From Centroscyllium fabricii (Eukaryota), in NCBI GenBank assembly GCA_051313645.2, contig JBNRSN020000508.1, positions 124,001 to 188,000 on the forward strand: DNA of 64,000 nt. Reading direction: 5' to 3'. Under the pieces are notes generated by a model that had not been told where the DNA came from, made no database searches, and saw nothing but the letters and a program-made list of their open reading frames with translations. Below, piece after piece: positions 1 through 11,994 of the stretch (its first letter is position 1; each line of letters starts with the position of its first letter). A program made the position numbers and the translations under genes.

Positions 1-560
1 AAGGTGCTGTTGAAGGAGCTTTGGCGAGTTGCTGCAGTGCATCTTGTAGATGGTGTACACTGCAGCCACAGTGCGCTGGTGTTGGAGGGAGTGAATGTTG
101 AAGGTGGTGGATGGAGTGCCAATCAAGCGGCCTGCTTTATCCTGAATGGTGTCGAGCTTCTTGAGTGTTGTTGGAGCTGCACTCATCCAGGCAAGTGGAG
201 AGTATTCCATCACACTCCTGACTTGTGCCTTGTAGATGGTGGAAAGGCTTTGGGGAGTCAGGAGGTGAGACACTCGCTGCAGAATTCCAAGCCTCTGGCC
301 TGCTCTTGTAGCCACAGTATTTATATGGCTGGTCCAGTTCAGTATCCGGTCAATGGTAACCCCCAGGATGTTGATAGTGGGAGATTCAGCGATGATAATG
401 CCACTGAATGTCAAGGGGAGATGGTTAGAGTCTCGCTTGTTGGAGATGGTCATTGCCTGGCACTTGTGTGGTGCGAATGTTACTTGCCACTTGTCAGCCC
501 AAGTCTGAATGTTGTCCAGGTCTTGCTGCATCAGTATCTGATGAGTCTCGAATGGTGCTG
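1..560 (-). mobile_element. LINE (CR1/L2-group) ORF2 C-terminal fragment, degenerate
   Basis: The minus strand reads IYKAQVRSVMEYSPLAWMSAAPTTLKKLDTIQDKAARLIG and LGVTID..LNWTSHINTVA. These are typical post-RT motifs of CR1/L2-group ORF2. The same family recurs at about 29485-29578. Confidence 0.75.
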
Positions 561-564
561 AATG

Positions 565-1310
565 TTTCCCATTGCCTATCCACCGTCAACCCTTTGAGTG
601 ACATTCACCAATTGATCCTACCCAATTCGCGCCTCATACCATCGTAGTTTCCTTTATTTAAATTCAGGACCCTAGTCTCTGAGTCAACTACTTCACTCTC
701 CATCTTAATGAAGAATTCTATCATATTGTGATCGCTCTGACCCAAGGGGCATCGTACAGCAAGATTGCTAATTAATCCTTTCTCATTACATAATACCTAG
801 TCTAATATGGCTTGATCTCTGGTTGGTTCCTCGACATACTGTTCCAGAAAACCATCCCGTAAACATTCTAGGAATTCCTCCGCCACAATATTTTCACTAA
901 TTTGGCTAGCCCAATCTATATGTAAATTAAAGTCACCCATGATGACAGCTGTGCCCTTACTGCATGCTTCTCTAATTTCCCTTTTAACGCCGCCCCCAAC
1001 CTCCGTATTACTGTTTGGAGGTCGATATACCACTCCCACTAACGTTTTCTGCCCCATGCTATTACTCAGTTCTACCCATACAGATTCCACATCATCAGAG
1101 TTAATATCCTTCCTTTCAATTGTGTTAATCTCCTCTTTAACCAGCAATGCTACCCCATCTCACTTTTTTGCCTATCCTTCCTAAATATTGAATACCCCTG
1201 GATGTTGAGTTCCCAGCCTTGGCCACCCTGGAGCCATGTGTCTGTAATCCCAATCAAATCATATTAGTTTACCTCTATTTCCGCAGCTAATTCATCTACC
1301 TTGTTCCGAA
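565..1310 (-). mobile_element. CR1 LINE APE-endonuclease fragment
   Basis: ORF 797-1147(-) contains VESVWVEL, GVVYRPP, VIMGDFN.HIDW and QYVEEPTR..AILD. The upstream part encodes TWLQGGQGWELNIQGYSIFRKDR. Confidence 0.9.
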
Positions 1311-2465
1311 TGGGATTAGACTAGTTCGGATATTAAATGGTGTGGGGAGTGAGGGGGAGAGTGGGCCAACTAGTCCTGGGACTTAGCGAAGTAACTACTA
1401 ACACTACTGGTAACAACCAACTTAGCAGAGTAACTACTAACACTACTAGTAACAACCAGCCCCAGGACAGTGACGTCCTAGCACTCAGAATCCGACCCAA
1501 CACAATTATTACTAAACAAAAAGAAAAATACTTGAATTACTGGACAGAAATGACAAAAACCCAAAACAAACTAGATTGTTATTTGGCCCTAAACAGACAG
1601 TACACCATGGCTGATTACCTGTCCATGGTGAAAGATAGCAAACTGAGAAAAACCCTGACAATGTACAGACTTAGCGAGCACAGCCTAGCCATCGAAAAAG
1701 GCAGACACAGAAAGACTTGGCTGCCCAGAGAGGAAAGGCTGTGCTCCCACTGCAGTCAGGGAGTGGTGGAGACAGAGCTGCACTTCCTCACAACTATCAG
1801 GGAATAAGGGGAAATTTCTTCCCAAAATTTGCAACAACATGCCCTGAATTCAAAAATTTGAACAACCACCAAAAACTCCCATATCTATTGGGGGAACAGA
1901 GGGACTGTATAAAATTAGCGGTGAACTACGTCACAGCTTGCCATAAGCAGAGGGACAACCAGTGACCATTGAAGCTAGGAGGAGCATAGGAGATTTATAT
2001 GCGGGTAAATATGTATGTGTTTGCATAGCTATTCATTCAATACGTCTGGTTATGCATTTGTATGTCCAATTGTATATGTTCTTTTTAGATCTATATGCGG
2101 GTTTTTATGTGTATGTGTATGCATAGTTATTCATTCAATACGCCTGGTTATGCATTTGTATATCCAACTGTATATGTTCTTTTTCTGTGCTTTGGCAACA
2201 TAGGATGTATCTTGTCATGCCAATAAAGCAATTTGAATTGAATTGAATTGAATTGATTAGACTGGCTGGGATATTAAAGGGTGTGGGGAGGGAGAGTGGG
2301 ATTAGACTGGGTGGGATATTAAAGGGTGCGGGGAGTGAGAGGGAGAGTGGGATTAGACTGCGTGGGATATTAAAGGGCACGGGGAGTGAGGGGGAGAGTG
2401 GGATTAGACTGGGTGAGATAGTAAAGGGTGCAGGGAGTGAGAGGGCGAGTGGATTAGACTGAGTA
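1311..2465. repeat. ~51-bp minisatellite (GGGATTAGACTGGGTGGGATATTAAAGGGTGCGGGGAGTGAGAGGGAGAGT) split by a LINE insertion
   Basis: One unit at 1311-1365 and about 4 units at 2256-2465. The two halves join in register (GAGAGTGGG|ATTAGACT) when the insert is removed. Confidence 0.75.
1366..2255 (+). mobile_element. 5'-truncated RTE-X-like LINE (C-terminal Cys/His domain, 3' UTR, (AATTG)n tail)
   Basis: Encodes RLSEHSLAIEKGRH..WLPREERLCSHC..VETELHFL with a frameshift near 1790. It ends CAATAAAGCAATTTG(AATTG)n. The clade assignment comes from motif recall only. Confidence 0.65.
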
Positions 2466-2940
2466 AGTGGGTGGGCCAGTGGGCGGGGTCAGTGGGTGGG
2501 GGTAGCCCCAGTGGCCACTTTCTATGCTAGATCATTCTGTGATTTGATGAGGCGGCTTGTTGAGCACAAGTTGTGTGGTAATATTGAACAGACTTCCGGG
2601 GGAAGGCTAAAGGGTGAACTCTGTACATGTCACTTCCTGTTTTCTATTAGTACAAATACTGGAACTGCTCAGTATGGGGAACGCTTCACCTGGACGCATG
2701 GTAAAACCCGTCGTTGTACATAGTGATAATGTAGTGGATTAAGTTATTGATGTATCAGACTCCATTATTGCATCAAGTTGCATTATGGTAACGGGCCTCA
2801 ATACCTCCCACTCATCCCTCACCCCACACCTGGTCACTCCCTCACCCGATCACCCCCGCCACCCAGTCACCCCCTCACCCAGTCACCCCCTCACCCGATC
2901 ATCCCTTCACCCTTTCATTCATGATCTTGTTTCTGTTTAG

Positions 2941-3297
2941 GGCATGCGTGCGGAGGTCGAAGGTTACCAGCCACTCTTTGATAACCTGGAGAGTGAGTTG
3001 AGCAAAGCGAAGGTGGTGAATGAGCGGATGATTCGCAGTCACAGTGAGCGAGACGTGGACCTGGATCGGTACCGGGAGTGTGTACAGCAACTCTTGGAGC
3101 ACTGGCAGGGGATCCAGGGCCAGATCGACACCCGTTCCCGTGAGCTGGAACAGTTGGGACGGCAGCTCAACTATTATCGCGAGGCTTATGATTGGCTGAT
3201 CCAGTGGATTCAGGGCACTAAGGAACTTCAGGAGAAGATCCAGGCTATGCCGATCAGGGACAGCAGCAGCCTGAAACAGCAACTGCAGCAAGAGCGG
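2941..3297 (+). CDS. PLEC: Plectin internal exon (plakin-domain spectrin repeats), 119 codons
   Basis: Acceptor tttctgtttag|GGC, donor CGG|gtaatg. The peptide GMRAEVEGYQPLFD...RELEQLGRQLNYYRE...QLQQER matches the plectin SR8/9 region (human RELEQLGRQLRYYRE). Confidence 0.93.
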
Positions 3298-3935
3298 GTA
3301 ATGGGCACTGTCCCAGGGGAGCGGGTAATGGGAACTGTCCCAGGGGAGTGGGGAGCCAGGGGAGCGGTTAATGGGAACTGTCCCAGGGGAGCGGGTAATG
3401 GGCACTGTCCCAGGGGAGCGGGTAATGGGAACTGTCCCAGGGGAGTGGGGAGCCAGGGGAGCGGTTAATGGGAACTGTCCCAGGGGAGCGGGTAATGGGC
3501 ACTGTCCCAGGGGAGTGGGGAGCCAGGGGAGCGGTTAATGGGAACTGTCCCAGGGGAGCGGGTAATGGGGACTGTCCCAGGGGAGTGGGTAATGGGGACT
3601 GTCCCAGGGGAGCGGGTAATGGGGACTGTCCCAGGGGAGTGGGGACCCAGGGGAGTGGTTAATGGGAACTGTACCAGGGGGAGTGGGTAATGGGGACTGG
3701 GTAATGGGGACTGTCCCAAGGGAGTGGGTAATGGGGACTGTACCAGGGGACTGGGTAATGGGGACTGTCCCAGGGGAGTGGGTAATGGGGACTGTCCCAG
3801 GGAAGTGGGTAATGGGGACTGTACCAGGGGAGTGGGTAATGGGGACTGTCCCAGGGGAGTGGGTAATGGGGACTGTACCAGGGGAGTGGGGACCCAGGGG
3901 AGTGGGTAATGGGAACTGTCCCAGGGGAGCGGGGA
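3292..3935. repeat. 27-bp minisatellite (GAGCGGGTAATGGGCACTGTCCCAGGG and variants)
   Basis: Direct tandem repeats translating as ERVMGTVPG/EWVMGTVPG. The first unit overlaps the exon end. Confidence 0.9.
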
Positions 3936-4024
3936 ATGGGGTCTGGGGGAGCTGGAGTGGGGAGTGGTCCCACTGCATTCTGTATCTCCGAGCTCCGCTA
4001 ACCCAGGTATTGTTGATTTTACAG

Positions 4025-4108
4025 AAAGTCTTGCAGGAAGTTGAAAAGAACAGAGAGAAGGTGGATGAATGTGAGAAATTTGCCAAGCAATACATTGATG
4101 CCATCAAG
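4025..4108 (+). CDS. PLEC: Plectin internal exon, 28 codons
   Basis: Boundaries ttttacag|AAA...AAG|gtaaca. KVLQEVEKNREKVDECEKFAKQYIDAIK matches human ALLEEIERHGEKVEECQRFAKQYINAIK. Confidence 0.93.
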
Positions 4109-4785
4109 GTAACAAGACGGAAATAACATAAGGGTAATCAGTACAGGCCCTGATCTCTGACCACTAACACACTCACAAAGGAACTGTGTGTGTACTGTGA
4201 CAGTGTCACTCGTTTCTTCCAGGGTAAGACAGTTCCAAGTGCAAAACTCAGCAAGTCTTTTATTTTAAATGTGCGGGGAAAAGGGATAGGGAGTAGAGGT
4301 CTTTCTGGTTTTCCTCCGGTCTCGGGCCTCGCTCACACTCGGGCCTCGCCCACTCTCGGCGTAGTCCAATTCTTCTAAACTCCCCTTCGTCAAGTTCTCC
4401 CGTTATTTAGTCCAACGACTGGTTATCCACACCGTTAATGAAAGTAACGAAGAGTTCTTCTTACCATGCCACGGAGAGATTAGGTCTGCATTACCACTCT
4501 GCAACCACCGCCCTCTCTCTGCATCAAAGCCTCAGCAGCAGACAGCTTAACCTGGAGCTGCTTGCAATCCAGCTCCTTCTCTTTGCTGGGACAGTGATGG
4601 TGGTCTCCACTCTACCTTCTGCCTCTCTGGCTCCTCCTCTTCCTCTTGGGCCCAGGGCAGCAACCAATCCGCTTCTCTCCTCTCCAATAGGCACCTGGCT
4701 TGATTGGGGATTGACGGCAGGTGCGCTACCTCCAGCTCTACGTGGGAATGAATCTCCCCTCCCACAGCCGACCTCTCACCAGCTG

Positions 4786-4786
<1 letters not shown>

Positions 4787-4828
<42 letters not shown>
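4787..4828. repeat. Poly-G homopolymer (42 G)
   Basis: Read directly from the sequence. Confidence 0.9.
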
Positions 4829-4832
<4 letters not shown>

Positions 4833-5002
4833 CGGCTCTGCTGCCAGGCCACCACAGTACATTCAAATAGACAAATATACACAGACCTGGGTATATAAAC
4901 ACATACAGGCACACACTCTGATACAGGTACACACATATACAATCTGATACAGGTACACACATCTCACTGATACAGGCACACACATACACCCTGATACTGG
5001 CA

Positions 5003-5145
5003 CACTTCACTTTCACTTTCACTTTCAAATAGCTTTATTGGCATGAATGGTATCAACCGTTGTTGCCAAAGCATTACAAAAATGGTACATCAATAACAAT
5101 ACAAACAAAATAAGTATAACATTTAACTGGACTTAGGTTAACATA
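5003..5145 (-). mobile_element. 3' end of RTE-X-like LINE running into an assembly gap
   Basis: Contains GCTTTATTGGCATGAATGGTATCAACCGTTGTTGCCAAAGCA, shared with the copies at 7396, 9291 and 50340. The tail reads (CTTTCA)n on the + strand. Confidence 0.7.
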
Positions 5146-5345
5146 NNNNNNNNNNNNNNNNNNNNNNNNNNNNNNNNNNNNNNNNNNNNNNNNNNNNNNN
5201 NNNNNNNNNNNNNNNNNNNNNNNNNNNNNNNNNNNNNNNNNNNNNNNNNNNNNNNNNNNNNNNNNNNNNNNNNNNNNNNNNNNNNNNNNNNNNNNNNNNN
5301 NNNNNNNNNNNNNNNNNNNNNNNNNNNNNNNNNNNNNNNNNNNNN
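5146..5345. other. Assembly gap (200 N)
   Basis: A run of N. The round size suggests a placeholder of unknown true length. Confidence 0.98.
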
Positions 5346-7395
5346 CACACACACTGATACAGGTATGTACACACACTCTGATACAGATACACATACTGAT
5401 ACAGGCACACACACACTCTGATACAGGTGCATGCCCACACACACACACATCCTGCATGTAGGGTCTAGGGATTGGAGCGATAGATACACACACACACTCT
5501 GATACAGATACACACACACACTGATACAGATACACACACTGATACAGATACACACTGATACAGGCACACACACACACTCTGATACAGGTACACACACACA
5601 CACTCTGATACAGGTACACACACACACTGATACAGGTATACACACACTCTGATACAGGTACGCACACATACACTGATACAGGTACACACACACAATCTGA
5701 TACAGATACACACACAATCTGATACAGATACACACACACTCTGATCCAGGTACACACACTGTTACAGGTAAACACACGCTGATACAGGTACACACACAAA
5801 CTGATACAGGCACACACACACTGATACACCTACACACACACACACACACACACACTGATACACCTACACACACTCTCTCTGATGCAGGTACACACACACT
5901 GTGATACAGATACACACACATACTGATACAGGTATATACACACTCTGATACACACACATACTGATACAGGCACACATACTGATACGGCACACACACTCTG
6001 ATACAGGCACACACACACTCTGATACAGACGCACACACACACATCCTGCAAGTAGGGCCTAGGGATTGGAGTGATAGATACACACACACACACTCTGATA
6101 CAGGTACACACACACTGATAGCGATACACACACTCACTGATACAGATACACACACACTGATACAGATACACACTGATACAGGCACACACACTCTGATACA
6201 GGTACACACACACACACACTCGGATACAGGTGTACACACACTGATACAGGTACAGGCACACACACTGATACAGGTACACGCACACACAATCTGATATAGG
6301 TACACACATCACACTGATACAGGCACACACATACGCTCTGATACAGGCACACACACTGAGACAGGTGCACACACACTCTGATACAGGTACACACACTCTG
6401 ATACAGATACACACACACTCTGATACAGATACACACACACTCTGATACAGATACACACACACTGATACAGATACACACACACTGATACAGATATACACTG
6501 ATACAGGCACACATACACTCTGATACAGGTACACACACACTCTGATACACCTACACACTCATACTGATACAGGCGCACACACACACTCTGATACAGGTAC
6601 AGGCACACACACATACTCTGATACAGGTACACACATACACACTCTGATACAGGTACACACACACACTGATACAGGTACAGGCACACCCACACTGATACAG
6701 GTACACATCACACTGATACAGGCACACATACGCTCTGATACAGGCACACATACGCTCTGATACAGGCACACACTCTGATACAGGCACACACACACTCTGA
6801 TACAGGTGCACACGCACACACAGATATACCTACACACACACTGATACAGGCACACACAGTGTGGTACAGGTACACACACACACACACACATACACTGATA
6901 CAGGTACTCAATCTGATACAGGTACACACATCACACACTGATACAGGTACACACACACTATAATACAGGCACAAACACACACTGATACACCTACACACAC
7001 TGAGACAGGTACACACACACTCTCTGATACAGGTACACACACACCGTGATACTGATACACACACATACTGATACAGGTACACACACACTGATATAGATAC
7101 ACACACTGCTGCAGGCACACACACTGATACAGGCACACACGCACTCTGATCCAGCCTCACACACTGATACAGGCGCGTACACACACACAGACATCCTGCA
7201 TGTAGGGCCGAGGGATTGGAGCGACAAATACACACACACACTCTGATACAAATACACACACACTCTGATATGGATACACACTGATACAGGCACACACACA
7301 CTCTGATACTCCTACACACACTGATACAAGCACACACACTATCTCATACAGGCACACACACTGATACAAGCACACACACACTGATACAGGCACAC

Positions 7396-7877
7396 AATTC
7401 ACAATTCAAAGGGCTTTATTGGCATGAATGGTATCAACCGTTGTTGCCAAAGCAGTGCAACATACATAAGAATATTGCATTAGTAGAACATTTTAACATA
7501 CATAAGAATAATACATTAGTAGACGTACTACATAGAATAATACATTAGTAGACTTATTGACAACCGTACATTAGTTACGCACACATGTACATTTATACCC
7601 GCATATAGAGCTTGTATGCTCATCCTAGCTTCAATGTCAATGGTCACTGGTTGTCCCTCTGCTTATGGCAAGCTGTGACGTAGTTTGCCGCAAGTTTTAT
7701 ACATTCCCTCTGTTCCCCTAGTAGGTATGGGAGTTTCTGGTGGTCGGTCAAATTATTGAATTCAGGGCATGCTGTTGCAAATTTTGGAAGAAATTTCCCC
7801 TTATTCCCTGATAATTTTCGCAAGTTGTGAGTAAGTGCAGCTCTGTCTCCACCACTCCCTGACTGCAGTGGGAGCAC
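7396..7877 (-). mobile_element. 5'-truncated RTE-X-like LINE
   Basis: The minus strand encodes CSHCSQGVVETELHLLTTCENYQGIRGNF and HQKLPYLLGEQRECIKLAANYVTACHKQRDNQ, nearly identical to 1740-1965(+). Confidence 0.8.
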
Positions 7878-8421
7878 ACACACACTCTGATACAGGCACA
7901 CACACACTCTGATACAGGTGCACACACACACTGATACAGGTACACACACACTCTGATACAGGTGCACACACACACTGATACAGGTACACACACACTCTGA
8001 TACAGGTGCACACACACACTGATACAGGTACACACACACTCTGATACAGGTACACACACACACTCTGATACAGGTACACACACACTGTTACAGGTACACA
8101 CATTCTGATACAGGTACACACACACTGATACAGGTACACACCAACTGATACAGGCACACACACACTAATACATGTACAGGCACACAAAATGTGAAACAGG
8201 TACACACACTCTGATACAGGTACACACACACACTCTGATACAGATACACACACTGATACAGGCACACACACTGATACAGGCGTGCACACACACACAGACA
8301 TCCTGCATGTAGGACCTAGGGATTGGAGCGACATATACACACACACACTCTGATACAGAGAGACACACACACTGATACAGATACGAACTGATACAGGCAC
8401 ACACACACTCTGATACACCTA

Positions 8422-8724
8422 CACGGTGGCATAGTGGTTAGCACTGTTGCCTCACAGCACTAGAAACCCGGGTTCAAATCCAGCCTCGGGTACTATCTGT
8501 GTGGAGTTTGCACATTCTCCCCGTGTCTGCGTGGGTTTCCTCCGGGTGCTCCGGTTTCCTCCCACAATCCAAAGATGTGCGGGTTAGGTTGATTGGCCAT
8601 GATAAATTGACCCTCGGTGTTGGGGGCATTAAATATGTGGGGTTACGGGGATAGGGTGGGATATGTGTCGGTGCAGGCTCGATGGGCCGAAATGGCCCCT
8701 ATCTGCACTGTAGCGATTCTATGA
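8422..8724 (+). mobile_element. tRNA-derived V-SINE (HE1-like)
   Basis: Pol III A box GGTGGCATAGTGG and B box GGTTCAAATCC. The V-core is TGTGTGGAGTTTGCACATTCTCCCCGTGTCTGCGTGGGTTTCCTCCGGGTGCTCCGGTTTCCTCCCACA, followed by a CR1-like 3' tail. Confidence 0.88.
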
Positions 8725-9290
8725 TACACACACTGATACAGGCACACACACACTCTGATACAGGTACACACACACACACTGATACAGGCACACACACACT
8801 CTGATACATGCACACACACACACTGATACAGGCACACACACACTCTGATACATGTACACATACACACTGATACAAGTACACACACACTCTGATACAGGTA
8901 CACACACACACACTGATACAGGCACACACACACACACACTCTGATACAGGCACACACACACTCTGATACAGGCACACACACACTCTGATACAGGCACACA
9001 CACACTCTGATACAGGCACACACACACTCTGATACAGGTACATACACACATACTAATACAGGTATACACATTCTGATACTGGTACACACATTCTGATACT
9101 GGTACACGCACACACTGATACAGACACGCACACACATACAGGTACACACACACACACTCTAATACACCTACACACATACTGATACAGGCACACACACACA
9201 CTCTGATACAGGCACACGCACATTCTGATACAGGTACACACACACACTCTGATACAGTTACACACGCACACACAGATATACCTACACACA

Positions 9291-9685
9291 CAATTCACAA
9301 TTCACAATTCAAAAAGCTTTATTGGCATGAATGGTATCAACCGTTGTTGCCAAAGCAGTGCAACATACATAAGAATATTACATTAGTAGAGCATTTTAAC
9401 ATACATAAGAATAATACATTAGTAGACGTACTACATAGAATAATACATTAGTAGACTTATTGACAACCGTACATTAGTTACGTACACATGTACGTTTATA
9501 CCCGCATATAGAGCTTGTATGCTCATCCTAGCTTCAATGTCAATGGTCACTGGTTGTCCCTCTGCTTATGGCAAGCTGTGACGTAGTTTGCCGCTAGTTT
9601 TATACATTCCCTCTGTTCCCCTAGTAGGTATGGGAGTTTCTGGTGGTCGGTCAAATTTTTGAATTCAGGGCATGCTGTTGCAAAC
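9291..9685 (-). mobile_element. 5'-truncated RTE-X-like LINE
   Basis: Near-identical to 7396-7780 but with a shorter 5' end. Encodes FATACPEFKNLTDHQKLPYLLGEQRECIKLAANYVTACHKQRDNQ. Confidence 0.8.
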
Positions 9686-10616
9686 ACACTGATACAGTCA
9701 CATACACACACACACTGATAAAGGCACACACAATGTGGTGCAGGTACACACACACATACACTGATACAGGTACACACATCACACTGATAAAGGTACAGGC
9801 ACACACACTGATACAGGCACACACTCTGATACAGGCACACACACACTCTGATACAGGCGCATGCATACACACATCCTGCATGTAGGGCCTAGAGATTGGA
9901 GTGATAGATACACACACACACACACACACACACACTGATACAGATACACACAGATACAGGCACACACACACTGATACAGGCACACACACACTCTGATACA
10001 GGTACACACACACACAGATACACCTACATACACACACACACTGATGCAGGCACACACACTGATACACCTACACACACACACACTCTGATACAGGTACACA
10101 CACATACACTGATACAGGTACACACACACAATCTGATACAGGTACACACACACACACTCTGATACAGGTACACACACACACTCTGATACAGGTACACACA
10201 CAATCTGATACAGGTGCACACACACAGATACACCTACACACAGATACAGGCACACACTGATACAGGCACACACACTGATACAGGTACAGGCACACACTCT
10301 GATACAGGTACAGGCACACACTCTGATACAGGTACAGGCACACACACTGATACAGGTACAGGCACACACTCTGATACAGGTACAGGCACACACTCTGATA
10401 CAGGTACACACATCACACTCTGATACAGGCACACACATATGCCCTGATACAGGCACACACACACTGAGACAGGTACACACACACCCTGATCCAGGTACAC
10501 ACACACATCCTGCATGTAGAGCCTAGGGATTGGAGCGATAGATCGGAGATGCTGGTTTTGTGACTGGGTGTACAGAGGATGGTTTTAATCCTGGTGCAAT
10601 GTGTTTTGTGTCTCAG

Positions 10617-10721
10617 GACTATGAATTGCAGCTGGTGACCTACAAAGCTCAGATTGAACCTGTCGCATCGCCAGTGAAGAAACAGAAAGTGTTGTCAGCC
10701 TCAGACACCGTCATCCAGGAG
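10617..10721 (+). CDS. PLEC: Plectin internal exon, 35 codons
   Basis: Boundaries tgtgtctcag|GAC...GAG|gtagga. DYELQLVTYKAQIEPVASPVKKQKVLSASDTVIQE matches human DYELQLVTYKAQLEPVASPAKKPKVQSGSESVIQE. Confidence 0.95.
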
Positions 10722-10954
10722 GTAGGAGTCCGTGCCACCTTTCCTATGCCCATAACCAGTCCACCATCTGCCCAGTGCTCCTGCCCATGAGTAGCAGGCA
10801 GTGAGCTGATGCAGGACCAGGAAGCTCTGTAGTGCCCAGGCCTCTGGTTGGTGACTGAGCAGCCAGTTTGTCTCAGTCAGGAGTGGACCAGTTACTGGCT
10901 CGGATTCTCTGGAAGCCAAGTGTGGTGGTGGCTGGACAGATGCAGGGAGCTGGG

Positions 10955-11615
10955 TGTGCCCCACTCGCACCTGGGCGTCCCTCACCCGCACCTGGGCGCC
11001 CCCCGCCCGCACCTGAGCTTACCTGCTCGCACCTGGGGGTCCCCTGCTCGCACCTGAGCATCCCCCTCTCACACCTGGGCGTCCCTCACCCGCACCTGGG
11101 CGCCCCCTGCCCGCACCTGGGGGTCCCCCGCTCGCACCTGAGCATCCCCCTCTCACACCTGGGCGTCCCTCACCCGCACCTGGGCGTCCCCTGCCCGCGC
11201 CTGTGCTTACCTGCCCGCACCTGGGGGTCCCCCGCTCGCACCTGAGCATCCCCCTCTCACACCTGGGCGTCCCTCACCCGCACCTGGGCGCCCCCCGCCC
11301 GCACCTGGGCGCCCCCCGCCCGCACCTGGGCGCCCCCCGCCCGCACCTGGGCTTACCTGCTCGCACCTGGGCATCCCGTGCTCACACCTGGGCATTACCC
11401 TCTCACACCTGGGCGTCCCTCACCCGCACCTAGGCTTCCCTCGCCCTCACCTGGGCTTCCCTCGCCCGCATCTGGGCATACCTGCTCTGCCCCCTCCCGC
11501 GCGATTGTTCCCCCTCCCCGGCGATTGTGCCCCCTCCCCCAGCGATCTTGCCCCCTCCCCCGCGATCGTGCCCCCTCCCCCCGCGATCGTGCCCCCTCCG
11601 CGATCGTGCCCCCTC
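10955..11615. repeat. GC-rich ~21-bp minisatellite (CGCACCTGGGCGTCCCTCACC) followed by (CGCGATCGTGCCCCCTCCCC)n
   Basis: Tandem CACCTGGG-anchored units, CpG-rich. Confidence 0.85.
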
Positions 11616-11994
11616 TGGGAGCTGTAGTAAACAACGGTTGATGTAATCGATGACCGACCGTCACTATAGCAGGCCTCTCGCCAAAGATCTCGGACCAACG
11701 GCCCAATCACTTCACCCCCCTGCCTGGTGTATGTCTGTGTGTGGGACTGCAGTCACGTGTAGGCCCAGACTGGGGGCAGGGGGTCTCCCTCCCTGCAGGA
11801 CATCAGTGACCAGGTATAACAACAGAAAACGATGGAGAAACTCAGCAGGCCAGTCAGCATCGGTGGAGAGAGTATTTTGCTATCGTACCAGTGACCAGGT
11901 GATTTTTACAACAATCTGGCCACAAATCAGTAGATTTACTGAATTGTATTTCACAACTTGCCCCTACGGGCAGATATACAGATCCTTGGACAGA

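Larger units (their letters stand above)
4875..10543. repeat. CA-rich satellite, unit CTGATACAGG(T/C)A(CA)n, interrupted by retroelements and a gap
   Basis: Hundreds of variable-length units. This array produces the many spurious V/C-rich minus-strand ORFs. Confidence 0.95.

Noticed and set aside
8422-8500. tRNA gene
   Set aside because: The A and B boxes belong to the head of a V-SINE and are followed by the SINE core and tail.
5074-10515. Many Val/Cys-rich minus-strand ORFs
   Set aside because: Translations of the CA-rich satellite, some spanning N gaps.
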